Assembly: GCA_951406725.2 (NCBI GenBank)
Contig: OX597814.1
Location: 137,764,001-137,828,000, forward strand
Source of the DNA: Octopus vulgaris
Taxonomy: Eukaryota
Direction: 5' to 3'
Length of the DNA: 64,000 nt
In this document: piece after piece, positions 25,039 through 36,186 of the stretch
Layout of the letters: every line of letters starts with the position of its first letter
Position numbering within the stretch: position 1 is the stretch's first letter
Notes under the pieces: generated by a model
What the model was told of the DNA's origin: nothing
The model's database searches: none
What the model saw: only the letters and a program-made list of their open reading frames with translations
Translations under genes and position numbers: made by a program

Positions 25039-25849
25039 TTTCAGCTGTTGGATGGATTACTTGCAGGTACTTTAACTGTAAAAGAATGGAATATTTGAGT
25101 ATGTGTAGGTCTGTATTTATGTGTATCTTTGTGTGAATGTGTGTTTATGTATGTGTGTATACACACACACAGACACACATGCACACACACACACACACGG
25201 ACACACACACACATTACATGTCATACAAATTGAGACATGATAAAATTATGGATGAAGATCTGTGTCTTGTACTATAATTAGACCAACGACATTACAATCA
25301 GAATATTATAGATAAATAAAAGTATTGATTGTCTGAAATCAAGTGTTACTAATTACTGCCAACAATGTGCTATGACTAACGATACACCAGCAATCTAAGT
25401 GGGCTAGTTAAATGCTATTTCTAGAAGATAAGTTTCTATGGTCACATACCTGTTTAATTAAGATAGGTTAGAATATTTATAAAGCATGTTATCTTGAAAT
25501 TGTGCTAGATTTAAGCAATAAAGTTGTTCAAGACGATTTGTTCTAGATGCTGAACATCCTCAAAGTACATGTCAATTTTGTTTAATATTCAAAGATCAAA
25601 TTCCTTTCCAGCTAGTATATAGACATATCATTCATTTATCTTGGACTGGATAGGCTTAAGTTATCCAAAATACACTGCAGTGAGATGAAGTTTTGGTAGA
25701 ACTCCAATGCATCTATGGGACTCATGTGTCTATAAATTATCTGTAAGGTTAATATGTATAATAAACAGAATCTGCTATTTCTCAAAAAAGAGTACTATAA
25801 GGATACATCTACTCACCCCTAAACTATATCTTATTACCCTTCCCACACC

Positions 25850-26830
25850 TCAATACAGGTCCCGGCAATAATATCGAAGCCACTGGAAAACCATGGATTT
25901 GTTTGGGAAATTAGCTTTAATCAAGGAAAAGGGAGCCAAGGTGGGGAAGGGTACAGGAAGATGAAGGTAGGAAGGAAAACATAAAGTGGTAAAAGATGAG
26001 GACGGAAGTGGAAGGAATAAAGAAAGTTTAAAGGTAAACAACGTCAAATGCCTGTGCATACATCAGGTTCTAAATAGGTGATGATAATGTTTTGAAGTTG
26101 CATGATAGGTACTTCTTAAAATGCCTGAATTTTCTGAATACCTCTGATCTTGTGTTTAAAAGAGGGTTTGGTTATGAATGTTTTGAGGAATTTCCTCTTC
26201 TCTGCCTTGCACACATCACATCTTTTCTTGATAACATCTTAGAAAGGTCCAAGGCAGTGAGCTGGCAAAATCATTACTGTATCAGGAAAAATGCTTAGTG
26301 ACATATCATCCAATTTTACCTTCTGAGTTCAAATGCTACAAGGGTCAACTTTGCCTTTCATCTTTTCAGGATCGATAAAATAAGTACTACTTGAAAACTG
26401 AAGTCAATGTGGTTGACTTGACCCCTGCCTCAAAATTGCTGGCCTTGTGCCAAAATTTGAAACCTAAGTCAGCAAGCTGGCAAAATCATTAGCATTTTGG
26501 GCAAAATGCTTAGTGGCATTTTGTGTGTTGCAACGTTTTGAGTTCAAATTTTGTTGAGGCAGACTTTACCTTTCATTCTTTCAGGGTTAATAAAATTAAT
26601 ACCAGTTCAGCATTAGGGTTGATATAAATAACTTATCCCACTCCCAAAATTGCTGGCCTTGTGCCAAAATTTGAAACCAATACCTTAGAAAGGTCCAGAT
26701 CCAATATGGTATAAAGGAAACCAATCACATTTCTTTTAAGCAAGTCATAGTGAAAATGAGAACAACATATATTGGGATTGAAAATATAAAAGAATGTTGA
26801 AAATTTCCCTCCAAACTGATACAAAGACAC
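25850..26830 (-). mobile_element. Penelope-like (Neptune-type) 3' remnant interrupted by a SINE dimer
   Basis: Minus-strand KRCDVCKAEK..LLNTRSEVFRKFRHFKKYL resembles the Neptune C-terminal CxLCxxEK..LLNxRSE..CRH motif. Confidence 0.6.
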
Positions 26831-28339
26831 ACACATACATAGATTTACCATATAATATATATATATATATATATATATACATACATATGATGGGATTCCA
26901 CGGTTTGTTTACTAATTTCACTCACAAAGCATTGGTTGGTCCAGAGTTATAGTAGAAGACACTTGCCCACAGTACTGTGCAGTGGGACTGAACCCAAAAA
27001 CATGTTGTTGCAAAGCAAGCTTCTTAACCACACAGCCATGCCTGCACTTATGAAAAAGTAAGAATATGGCAGTGTCTAAAACTAGAGGAGGTAAAGATGA
27101 GAACAGAGTAAAAAAATACCTGAAAAAAAGAGTAAGCCTAATAAAATATGAGAATAAATTAGATGAGCAATTGGCTGGAAATGTGACAGTGAGCAATGCA
27201 TAATGGCACAGGGTAAAGTTCTCAAGAGTAGTAAGATTATTAACCAGGGGTCAACTAGTAATGTATGCATAAAGCATACTGTTAAGATAAATATATTAAT
27301 AGTGAAATCAATGATAGATAATGAAAAGAAAGTTTACTAAAGCAGGTGATTAAGGCATCTATAAATAAAGTATGAATAATAACAATAATTGTTTCTGACA
27401 CAAGGCCAGTATATCCTATACACACAGACAAATGTATTTTGTGATAGGATATAATCATAGCCATCACTTACAGGCAAGTTTGACCTGATAGGATGTGCCA
27501 CACTTTTGCTAGTTGTTTTATGTATGCATGTAGTTGTGAGCAGACATAGAAACTCCTTCAGTTCTTCCACTTTCGACTTAGTGGGAAATCCAGTATGTGA
27601 CAGCTGGAGAGAGTGGGGAGGCTGTATAAAAAATTTTTTTTAATGGTTTGTACTCATTTTTCAGCTGTGTTGTTTTCCAAACATAAGTTAATTAAGGGAT
27701 ATTTAACATGTAATGAGAAATTACAATTGTAGTAACTGCTGTAAGTTGGCCAACCAAGGTAGAATGAACCGTTTTGGGAGCAATAATGGGGTATATCCAA
27801 TAGATTTAATAGAAGAATCAATAAAAGGGGAGAAAGAAAAACCTCAAAGAAGTCAAATCTGAAACTAAAACTACAAGCAAAAACACTCCAACCATGACAA
27901 TCCAGTTCTTTCTTTCCATCATAATCTATCCTAGGATACATTTTTTAAATATGCTTTTAGTTACAATGGTAAGGTATGGTATAAGAGAGATTTGGCACTA
28001 TTGTTAGCAAGTTGAGCCAATGTCCTCATTTGGTTGGATGTGGTTGTTAGGAACCTACCATGTGGTTAACTTTTTGTTTTTCTTTTACAAGGTATCTAAA
28101 GAAATAGATTAAAAAGGCAAGACTCTTCTATTTCATTTAAAGAATTCTATAAGCAAACAACTTTTGAACAGATTTGATCAAGTGGATTATCTTTCTCAAA
28201 ATGAAGAGACCAAACTTGAAAGACATTTTCTAATATGGATTGAACATTTTTACCAAGAACTTCTGATCTGAAACTGTCATGATATTGGAGTTGGGTTTCA
28301 AAGTCATGAGAAAATAGTGAAAACAATCAAAGAATTTAT

Positions 28340-28712
28340 AAACAAGAGTACTCAGAGAGAGCAAACCACCGCCAAGGTAACACCAATGTCCTCTCAATGA
28401 TTAGCCGGAGATGATTTTTAAAATAAGAATATCTGAAATAAACTTGACTGCTCTCACAAATGAGAATACTAAAAATTAACCTGACCGCTCTCAAAAATTA
28501 AGTAAAAAAAAAAAAAAAGGAAAAATAATGCAGAATCCTTGTTCAATACCAGACTGATCTCAAGATCTAATCAGTTTGTGCCAGCTACAAGGCCAAATAT
28601 CTCCGAAAGTTTCATCTAAATCCATCCAGTGGTTCTTGAGATATCTTGTCCAAGCAAACAAACAAACACGACTGAAAACAATACCTCCACCTTCACTAAG
28701 GCAGAAGTAATA
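28340..28712 (+). mobile_element. Helentron-associated (HINE-like) non-autonomous element; a related type at ~55985-56229
   Basis: Starts AAACAAGAG with sub-terminal ACCACCGCCAAGG. Ends with an (AAAC)n microsatellite and the terminal hairpin ACCTCCACCTT-CACT-AAGGCAGAAGT followed by AAT. Confidence 0.55.
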
Positions 28713-29364
28713 AAGAAAATGAAACTACTCTAGTCAACTGCAAAAACAATTTACAAACATTTTAATAGGATCCTTTTCTCAGCTAAACATAACCTACATT
28801 TTCTGCTGTGATTAAAATAAGGCTTGCATTCCTCTAAGATTTTCCACTTGATGTTGTACAATTCTCAGAGCATCAGCAGATTTACCTAAACTGCAGGAAC
28901 AAAATTTTCAGCCCATACCCACATGAGAAGATATATATATTATTTTATGTACAGGTCCCACCATGATTATAATCACTAGGTTCTCAACCTCTGGCTCTTC
29001 CAACATCACACTCTGAAAATCCAGCAAAGTCTTTAACCAAAACATACATCAATATACAGACATACATGTGCAACCAAACATAGGCTTAAAAGTTTGGACA
29101 CCAACTCCTGCAAAAAAAACCCTCCCAACATATATATATACCAACCCCTCTCATCCCACTGCATATATTTTCACTCACTGGACTCTTGCTGCTTTACAGT
29201 CACTCCAGATTCTTTAGAAGCCAAGAAATATAACCCTTGATAAACCCCTTGCCTATTAGCCTCCTGCTACTGTGTTTCATCTTTCTTCACAATGACCACA
29301 AGTCCGATGCGACATTTTTTCACCTCCAGTAACAGAGAGCAGTTACCATATTTTTTCCATACCT

Positions 29365-29457
29365 GCCACCTCTGAAGAGAATATGGTGTTAGTTAACCCT
29401 CTGCTCTTTAATATCTGATTATCCGATACCAGTGTGAAACTGATTGGTAAGATTGGC
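29365..29457 (+). ncRNA. Type I hammerhead ribozyme motif (Penelope-like pLTR type), partly decayed
   Basis: CTGAAGA (29372-29378), helix II TGGTGT/ATACCA, GAAA (29436-29439), helix III AC-tgattg-GT, GTA cleavage triplet (29447-29449), imperfect helix I GCCACCT/AGATTGGC. Confidence 0.55.
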
Positions 29458-29704
29458 TGAAATCTATAATACTGTATACTTTCATTGATATATCCATTCT
29501 ACTGAGAAATATATGGGTGCATATTTTTTCTGAATTATGGATTCTTGGACGACACATATTTAATATAAAGAAAGTTGCATTCTAGTGGTTACGACCCTTA
29601 TAATAAACAGTAAGCTAGTATTATCAACAAATATAACTTTTATTATTTTGAGCAAGTCATTTATATACAAACACAAGCATATATTTATATATTGTTTCAA
29701 CTAT

Positions 29705-30390
29705 TAGACCACGTTTGGATAGTGGTTTTTACATGTCACTGGCACGGGGAGCCAGTCAGGTGGATCTGGCAGTGACCCACGTATGAATGGTGCTTACTGC
29801 GTGCTACCAGCACTGGTAATGGCCACAATTACAATTTCCATTTGATTGTGATTTGATTTGATTTTGATTGGCTTGACTCAATAGGTCTCCTCAAGCACAG
29901 CATATCACCCGACAATTCAAAGGTACTTTTTAAATGGGCTGATTATGCGACGCTGGTGTAGGCTACGGCTGTGATCTCACTTTCCTTGCTGGGGCTTCTC
30001 AATCACAGCATATCTCCAGAGGTCTTGGTCTTTTGTAATTGCCTCTGAGGCCCAACGTGCAAAGGTCATGCTTCACCACTTCATCCCATGCTTTCCTGGG
30101 TCTCTCTCTTCCATGGGTTCCTCCCACTGTTAGGGAGTGACACTTCACACAGCTCTCCTCATCCATACATAGCACATGACCATATCAACACAGTCATCTC
30201 TCTTGCACACCACATCTGATGTTTCTTATGTCCAACATTTCTCTCAGGGTGCTTACACTCTGTCGTGTGTTCAGACTGACATTACAACACATCCAGCGGA
30301 TCATACTAGCTTCATTTCCTTCGAGCCTATAAATGTCTTCAGCAGTCACGGCACATGTTTCACTGCCATGTAGCGTGGCAGTTGGCACAC
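29705..30390 (-). mobile_element. RTE-clade LINE 3' fragment
   Basis: LHGSETCAV..EASMIRWMC..YGHVLCMDEE..GRERPRKAWDEVVKHDL, followed by the same 3' UTR family as the 34-36 kb element. Confidence 0.85.
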
Positions 30391-33300
30391 ATGCAATCGG
30401 TCTTTTTTGCCAGACCGGTAAGTTACGGGGACCAACACTAGTATACACTAAGCACCTCTATCGTAACGGAATGAGATAGTGAAAATAAGATAATTTGTTG
30501 ATAAATTACTGTTTCGGTACATGCCATTTAAAACATTTGCGAGAGCTGAGGTGCCGCACGTTCGCGAGGGTGTTTGGCTGTTCCAGTATTTCAACCTCGC
30601 TATCAGACATGGTACAGTGTTTTGGGTTATCTCAAAAACTTTTTTGAAAATGTCATTATTCCCTGGTGCGATGTAAAACAAGGAGGGGGCTGTGCCCGCT
30701 TTCTTATTTTATTTATTTTTCTTTTTACACAATTTTTTTGGGGCATTTTTCTGACTTTTTCTACGGAAATGTATCGTGTTCTTCGATAAATAACTCGTGA
30801 TTTCTTTTTAAAGTTTTGGGGAATCCCTGAAATCACATTAAATTTTTATAACACTTTGTTCCCCACCTAACGTTTACGCTCTGATTACAAAGATTCTAAA
30901 TATTTTACCGGAAATAAATGAAACAATTAAATGAATTTCATCATTTCGCTGCAATATGTACGAAATCAATCTGGTGGTGTAACCTTTGTTAAAAATATAT
31001 TTCATACAATAACAATCTTCAAAAAAAGTAATAAAAATGTATCTTTGAAGTATTGTTTGTTTTTCTTCAGAAGAATTAATGGCGTTCGTGTTTGTATTGT
31101 AGATGTTACTCAGATTAGTTTAATTTTCTTTTAATTTTGTGGCCGTAATATGCAACAAAGGCTGCCGATTGCCAGAACAAATACGAGATAGTCACGCCTG
31201 GAAAGCTTTTGGTCAAATAGTTTGTTCGATTATTGACTAACATCAATAAAATATCTATCCCGTTACCCAAAAGTCTGCATTATGTACGCAGCAACAATAG
31301 GAAATAAACAACGACGCAATTTAATTGAAAACAATTGTTCCTAAATCAACCTGTATTAAGTAGTACTATTTGCACTTTTCTTAATTATGACATATCATTA
31401 TCAACAAAGGAACAGTTAATTTCTGATTTAGAATATATATTTTAACGGTAGTAAGATTATTTTGATTAAATGTATGAAGGAAAGTGTGTTTTAAATAGGA
31501 TCCAAGAACTATTTGTGTACTTCTGTTATCAGAAAATCAAAATACATAATTTATCTCAATTTACGTTGAAAACAATAGGAAAATACCCCGAAACCCTCAC
31601 CCATGTGTCAAATATATATAAGGCGAGCTTATCAAATAATACCTATATATTTATCAAATAAGAGATACGATGCCTATAAACATCTGCAATCCACCTCTGC
31701 TCTTCAAATTCAAATAAAATGTCTGCGTCTCTCGGCGACTATTAATTAAAAGGAGGCTTCTATGGGGTCGCTCGACTTGCTAATAGACCCAAATTATTCC
31801 TCTTATACCATATCGTCTGAAACAAAACATGAGTTACAGTATACCAGGGGCTATATTATCCAATTCTCCGACATAAGATGGATGGCTACGGCTGGAATGC
31901 CTCTGATCTTAGATCAGCTCCATTAGTGTTGACTTGCGACAAAAAAATGTCCATTGTTTTCATGAAGTAACACTACAGAATTTAGATGGCAAGTATAGGT
32001 GATGTAGTGTTTATTATTAACATAGTACAATTTCCTACCGCGATGCTCATACACAAACACACATATACAGAGCAGAGTAAACAGATACACAAACATGCGG
32101 AGCCGAGTAGACATGTGTAAACAAGTTTTATTATTAAAGTACAATTCCGCCGATGTCGACCTTGATTTTCATCCTTTTGGGGTCGAAAAAATAAGTACTA
32201 GTTGAGCATTGGAGTCGATGTAATCGACTTATAGCTACCCCCAATATTTCAGGCTCTGTGCCTATAAGAGAAAAGATTATTATCATCATTACGGTACAAC
32301 GAGCAATAAAATGTCCAGATAATAAAAAAACAAAAACAAAAAGATATAGATAACTCACGATAAAAACAATTCAGATATAATATTATTACTGAATTGAAAT
32401 TTCGACGTTGGTAAACGATAATTTATAAAGCTGCTCCTGATCCAAAAGTGAAGTTAATTAATTCTACAAGATGTGAAAGTCGCTATTCAAGGCAAATGTG
32501 TCGTAGTTTTCACAACACAGATTAAGAAAGAAAACAAAAGCAGTAAATTAGAAACGCAGCGGAGGAAAGTAAAAATGGCCTATCTCTTTTGTTTTATAAA
32601 TAAACTTAAGTCCTTCAACTGTTGAAGAAGCCTGCTTTTGTTTTGATTACAGGCCACAAACAATTGTTGAATTATTATTAAAGAACACAAGACAGATCGG
32701 GCTTTTTTTCATGTCTAAAGCTTCAGTAGTTTAATACTCTAACCTAGTCTTGTTCTTTAACTACAGAGTTAAACGTCTATTCCAAGGACAATATTGCATT
32801 GGACATTTTATTATTTGTTTTTATTACTGTAGTTACAAACTACTATAGAAATTGGTTCTTTTTTTAATTATTAATATTTTTTAAATTGTGTTCCAATATT
32901 AAAAATATTAATCACTTACCTAATGTTTTCTTTTTCTTTTTTAATTCGTTCAAAATGATTCTTCACAGATGTTGCGGAAGATTCCTAATAAAAACTAATA
33001 ATTTCTACGAAAAACTAAATCGCTAAATTAATAATTCGAGAATTCGTTTATAATTTAAACGACATATGTCTATAATCTACTTTATAAACGTTTCGTGGAA
33101 AATAGTAGAAATTTAGTCTTTAGTCATTGATAAATCTTCGCTAAAGACGTTTGAATGCAATTTGGAAACTCCGAACAAAAAACTTTATATTTTTGATTTA
33201 TTTATCTTCTTATTTTTGTTTTAGTTATTGGACTGCCGCCATGTTATTGCTCTTGGGCATTACCTTAAAGAATTTAGTTAGGAAAATCGACTCCCAGAAC

Positions 33301-33610
33301 TTATTTTCAAAGTCTGGTACTTGTTCTGTCGGTTTCTGTTGCCAAACAGTTACGGGTACGCAAACAAATCAATACCACTTGTCATGCAATAGTGGGAGAC
33401 AACTACAATACATACACACTCGTGTGTGTGTGTATATATATATATACACACACACACATAAATTTGACACAGGCGATTATTTCTTGTCTTGGGATTCACG
33501 GTCAAACGGCTGGGTGGAATTGCGCGAAAAATTACACAGATGTGTATACTGATCCGGTGGTGATGCTGGACTTTGTATTTTTTTTTTCATAGCTCCCATG
33601 GTTACCGAGA
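30390..33610. promoter_or_regulatory. CpG-retaining region, probable promoter / 5' non-coding exon region of the LDAF1-like gene
   Basis: CG dinucleotides are visibly more frequent here than in the flanking CpG-depleted gene bodies. A strong minus-strand donor TAG|GTAAGTG sits at 32920/32919, and the first coding exon has an unexplained acceptor at 25076. Confidence 0.45.
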
Positions 33611-34061
33611 TAATCTACTATAATAATACTCTTGTGTTTATGAATGAGAAAGGAAGGAAGGAAGGGGGTGATGTCATACTTGGTAGTAGGATGATGAAAA
33701 TTGTACGCTGAAACAAATAAATCAAACAGCGTTTCAACTCTGTGAATATATGTGCGTGTTTGTAAAAGGAGGTATGTGAATGTATGTGTGTGTGCCTAGT
33801 ACTTATTCTGTGAGTGACTTGCTGAACCACTAAGTTACCTAGATGTCAAGCAGTGGTGGGGGACAAACACAGACAAAATGACACACACATACACACACAC
33901 ACATATACGACGAGCTTCTTTCAGTTTCCATCTACCAAATCCATTCGCAAGGCTTTGGTTAGCTCAAGGCTATAATAGAAGACACTTGCCCAAAGTGCCA
34001 AGCAGTGGGACTAAACCCTGAACTACGCCTGTGCATATATATATATATATATATATGTCTT

Positions 34062-36133
34062 CATATCTGGCGGTGTGAGTTATGGTTTAGTCACCTGTAT
34101 TGTAAATTAGGTAGTTCATGAAGGAGTCATACTCAATGACAGGTGTAGCAGCACCATAGTCAACTGCTACAAAGGTAAAGGTGATGCCTTAGATAGAAAT
34201 AATTACAGAGGTATCAAATTGTTGGATCAGGTGATGAAAGTTACGGAGAGAGTCATAGCCCAACTAATTAGGGGGGAATTAGTCTAGATGAGATGCAGTT
34301 TGGTTTTGTAGCAGGGAAAAGCACCATTGATGTTATATTTCTGGTAAGGCAGCTGCAGGAGAAATACCTAGCCAAAGATAAACCTCTGTACTTGGCTTCT
34401 GTTGACTTGGAGAAAGCTTTTGACAAGGTCCCCTGATCCCTTATCTGGTGGTCAATGCAGAAACTAGGGATAGACAAGTGGTTGGGGAGAGCCGTACAAG
34501 CCTTGTAGAGGGACGCTACCAGTAATATGAGGGTAGGCAACAAGTACAGCAAAGAATTCAGGGTGCAAGTAGAAGTTCACCAAGGATCGGTGCTCAGCCC
34601 CCTCTTATTCATTATAGTCCTCCAGGCAATAACAGACAAATTCAAGACAAGCTACACCTGAGATCTCCTCTATGCTGATGACCTTACTCTTATAGCTGAA
34701 TCACTACCTGAACTAGAGAAGTTTTAGGTATGGAAGCAAGGTCTAGAATCAAAGGGCCTTAGAGTCAACCTAGCAAAAACAAAGTCATAGTAAGTAGGAA
34801 GGCAGACAAATCACAAATCCCTTCAGGTAGATGGCCCTGCTCAATCTGTAGAAAAGTTGTAGGTAGAAACTCCATAAGATGCACCCAGTGTAAGCTTTAG
34901 ACACATAAAAGGTGCAACAATATCAGAGAAACTAACTTTTGTGTGTGGATGGTGCAGTTACAATAAATGCTGAAAATGCACAGAAAAATACACTCCATCA
35001 ACTGCCAATGGGGAAAGCTAGCGATAGTAGATAGCTTCTGTTATCTAGGTGATCAAGTTAGTAGTGGAGGTGGAAGCTCTGAGAGCATAGCTGTGAGAAT
35101 AAGATTAGGCTGGGCAAAGTTCAGATAACTCCTACCCCTGCTGGCAACAAAGGGCCTCTCTCTCAGAGTGAAAAGCAGATTGTTTCATGTCAGTATGCAA
35201 ACAGCTATGCTGCATGGCAGTAAAACATGGGCTATGACAGCCAAGGGCATGCATAGGCTTGAAAGCTAGTATGCTTTGGTGGGTGTGCATGTCCAACAGT
35301 GTAAGCATCTTAAAAGAAAAGTTAGGCATAAGAGAAGTCGGATGTGGTGTGTAAGAGAGCTGACTGCGCTGGTATGATCATGTGGGGCATATGGATGAGG
35401 ACAGCTGTGTAAAGAAGTGCTGATCTCTAACTGTAGAGGGAACCTATGATAGAGGTAGACCCAGGAAGACATGGGACAAGGTGGTGAAACATGATCTTTG
35501 AACTTTGAGCCTCGCAGAGGCAATGACCGGTGACTAAGACTGTTGGCGATGTGTTGTGCTTGAGAGGATCTGTCAAGCCAAGTGCACCCATACTGGTGGC
35601 ATGTAAAGAACATCATTTGAACATTGGGCCTCACAGAGGCAAAGTGACTGAGTTCCTCTCAAGCATTGGGCCTCAGAGGCAAAGTGGCTGAGTTCCTTTC
35701 AAGTGTTGGGCTTCACGGAGGCAAAGTGGCTGAGTTCCTTTCAAGTGTTGGGCTTCACGGAGGCAAAGTGGCTGACTTCCTTTTAAGTATTGGGCCTCAT
35801 GGAGGCAATGACCAAGACATTTGATGTTATGTAATGCTTGAGAAGAAGACCCATCAAGCTGATCAGAATCACAGTCTTGGCAGATACTGGTGTCACGCAA
35901 ATTGGCACCCATGCCGGTGACACGTAAACACACTCTGTTATCACACAAATGGCACCTGTGCTGGTGGCACATAAAAGTCCCACTACACTCTCAGAGTGGT
36001 TGGCGTTAGGAAGGGCATCCAGCCATAGAAAACCATGCCAAATGAGACTGGAGTCTGGTGCAGCCTTCCAGTGTGCCAGTCCAGTCAAACCATCAAACCC
36101 ATGCCAGCATGGACAATAGATATTAAATGATGA

Positions 36134-36137
<4 letters not shown>
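34062..36137 (+). mobile_element. 5'-truncated, decayed RTE-clade LINE (RT domain to 3' tail)
   Basis: YKGKGDALDRNNYRGIKLL, QFGF..STID, VDLEKAFDKVP, HQGSVLSPLLF, LLYADDL and GLRVNLAKTK motifs with several stops and frameshifts. The 3' UTR ends in (TGA)n. Confidence 0.93.
35623..35810 (+). repeat. 42-bp minisatellite (~4.5 units) in the RTE 3' UTR
   Basis: Unit GAGGCAAAGTGGCTGAGTTCCTTTCAAGTGTTGGGCTTCACG, tandem with no spacers. Confidence 0.85.

Positions 36138-36186
<49 letters not shown>

Noticed and set aside
35623-35810. Regularly spaced 42-bp repeats resembling a CRISPR array or a repeat protein (ORF 35673-35972)
   Set aside because: Contiguous tandem units with no unique spacers, no cas genes, eukaryotic context; lies in an RTE 3' UTR.
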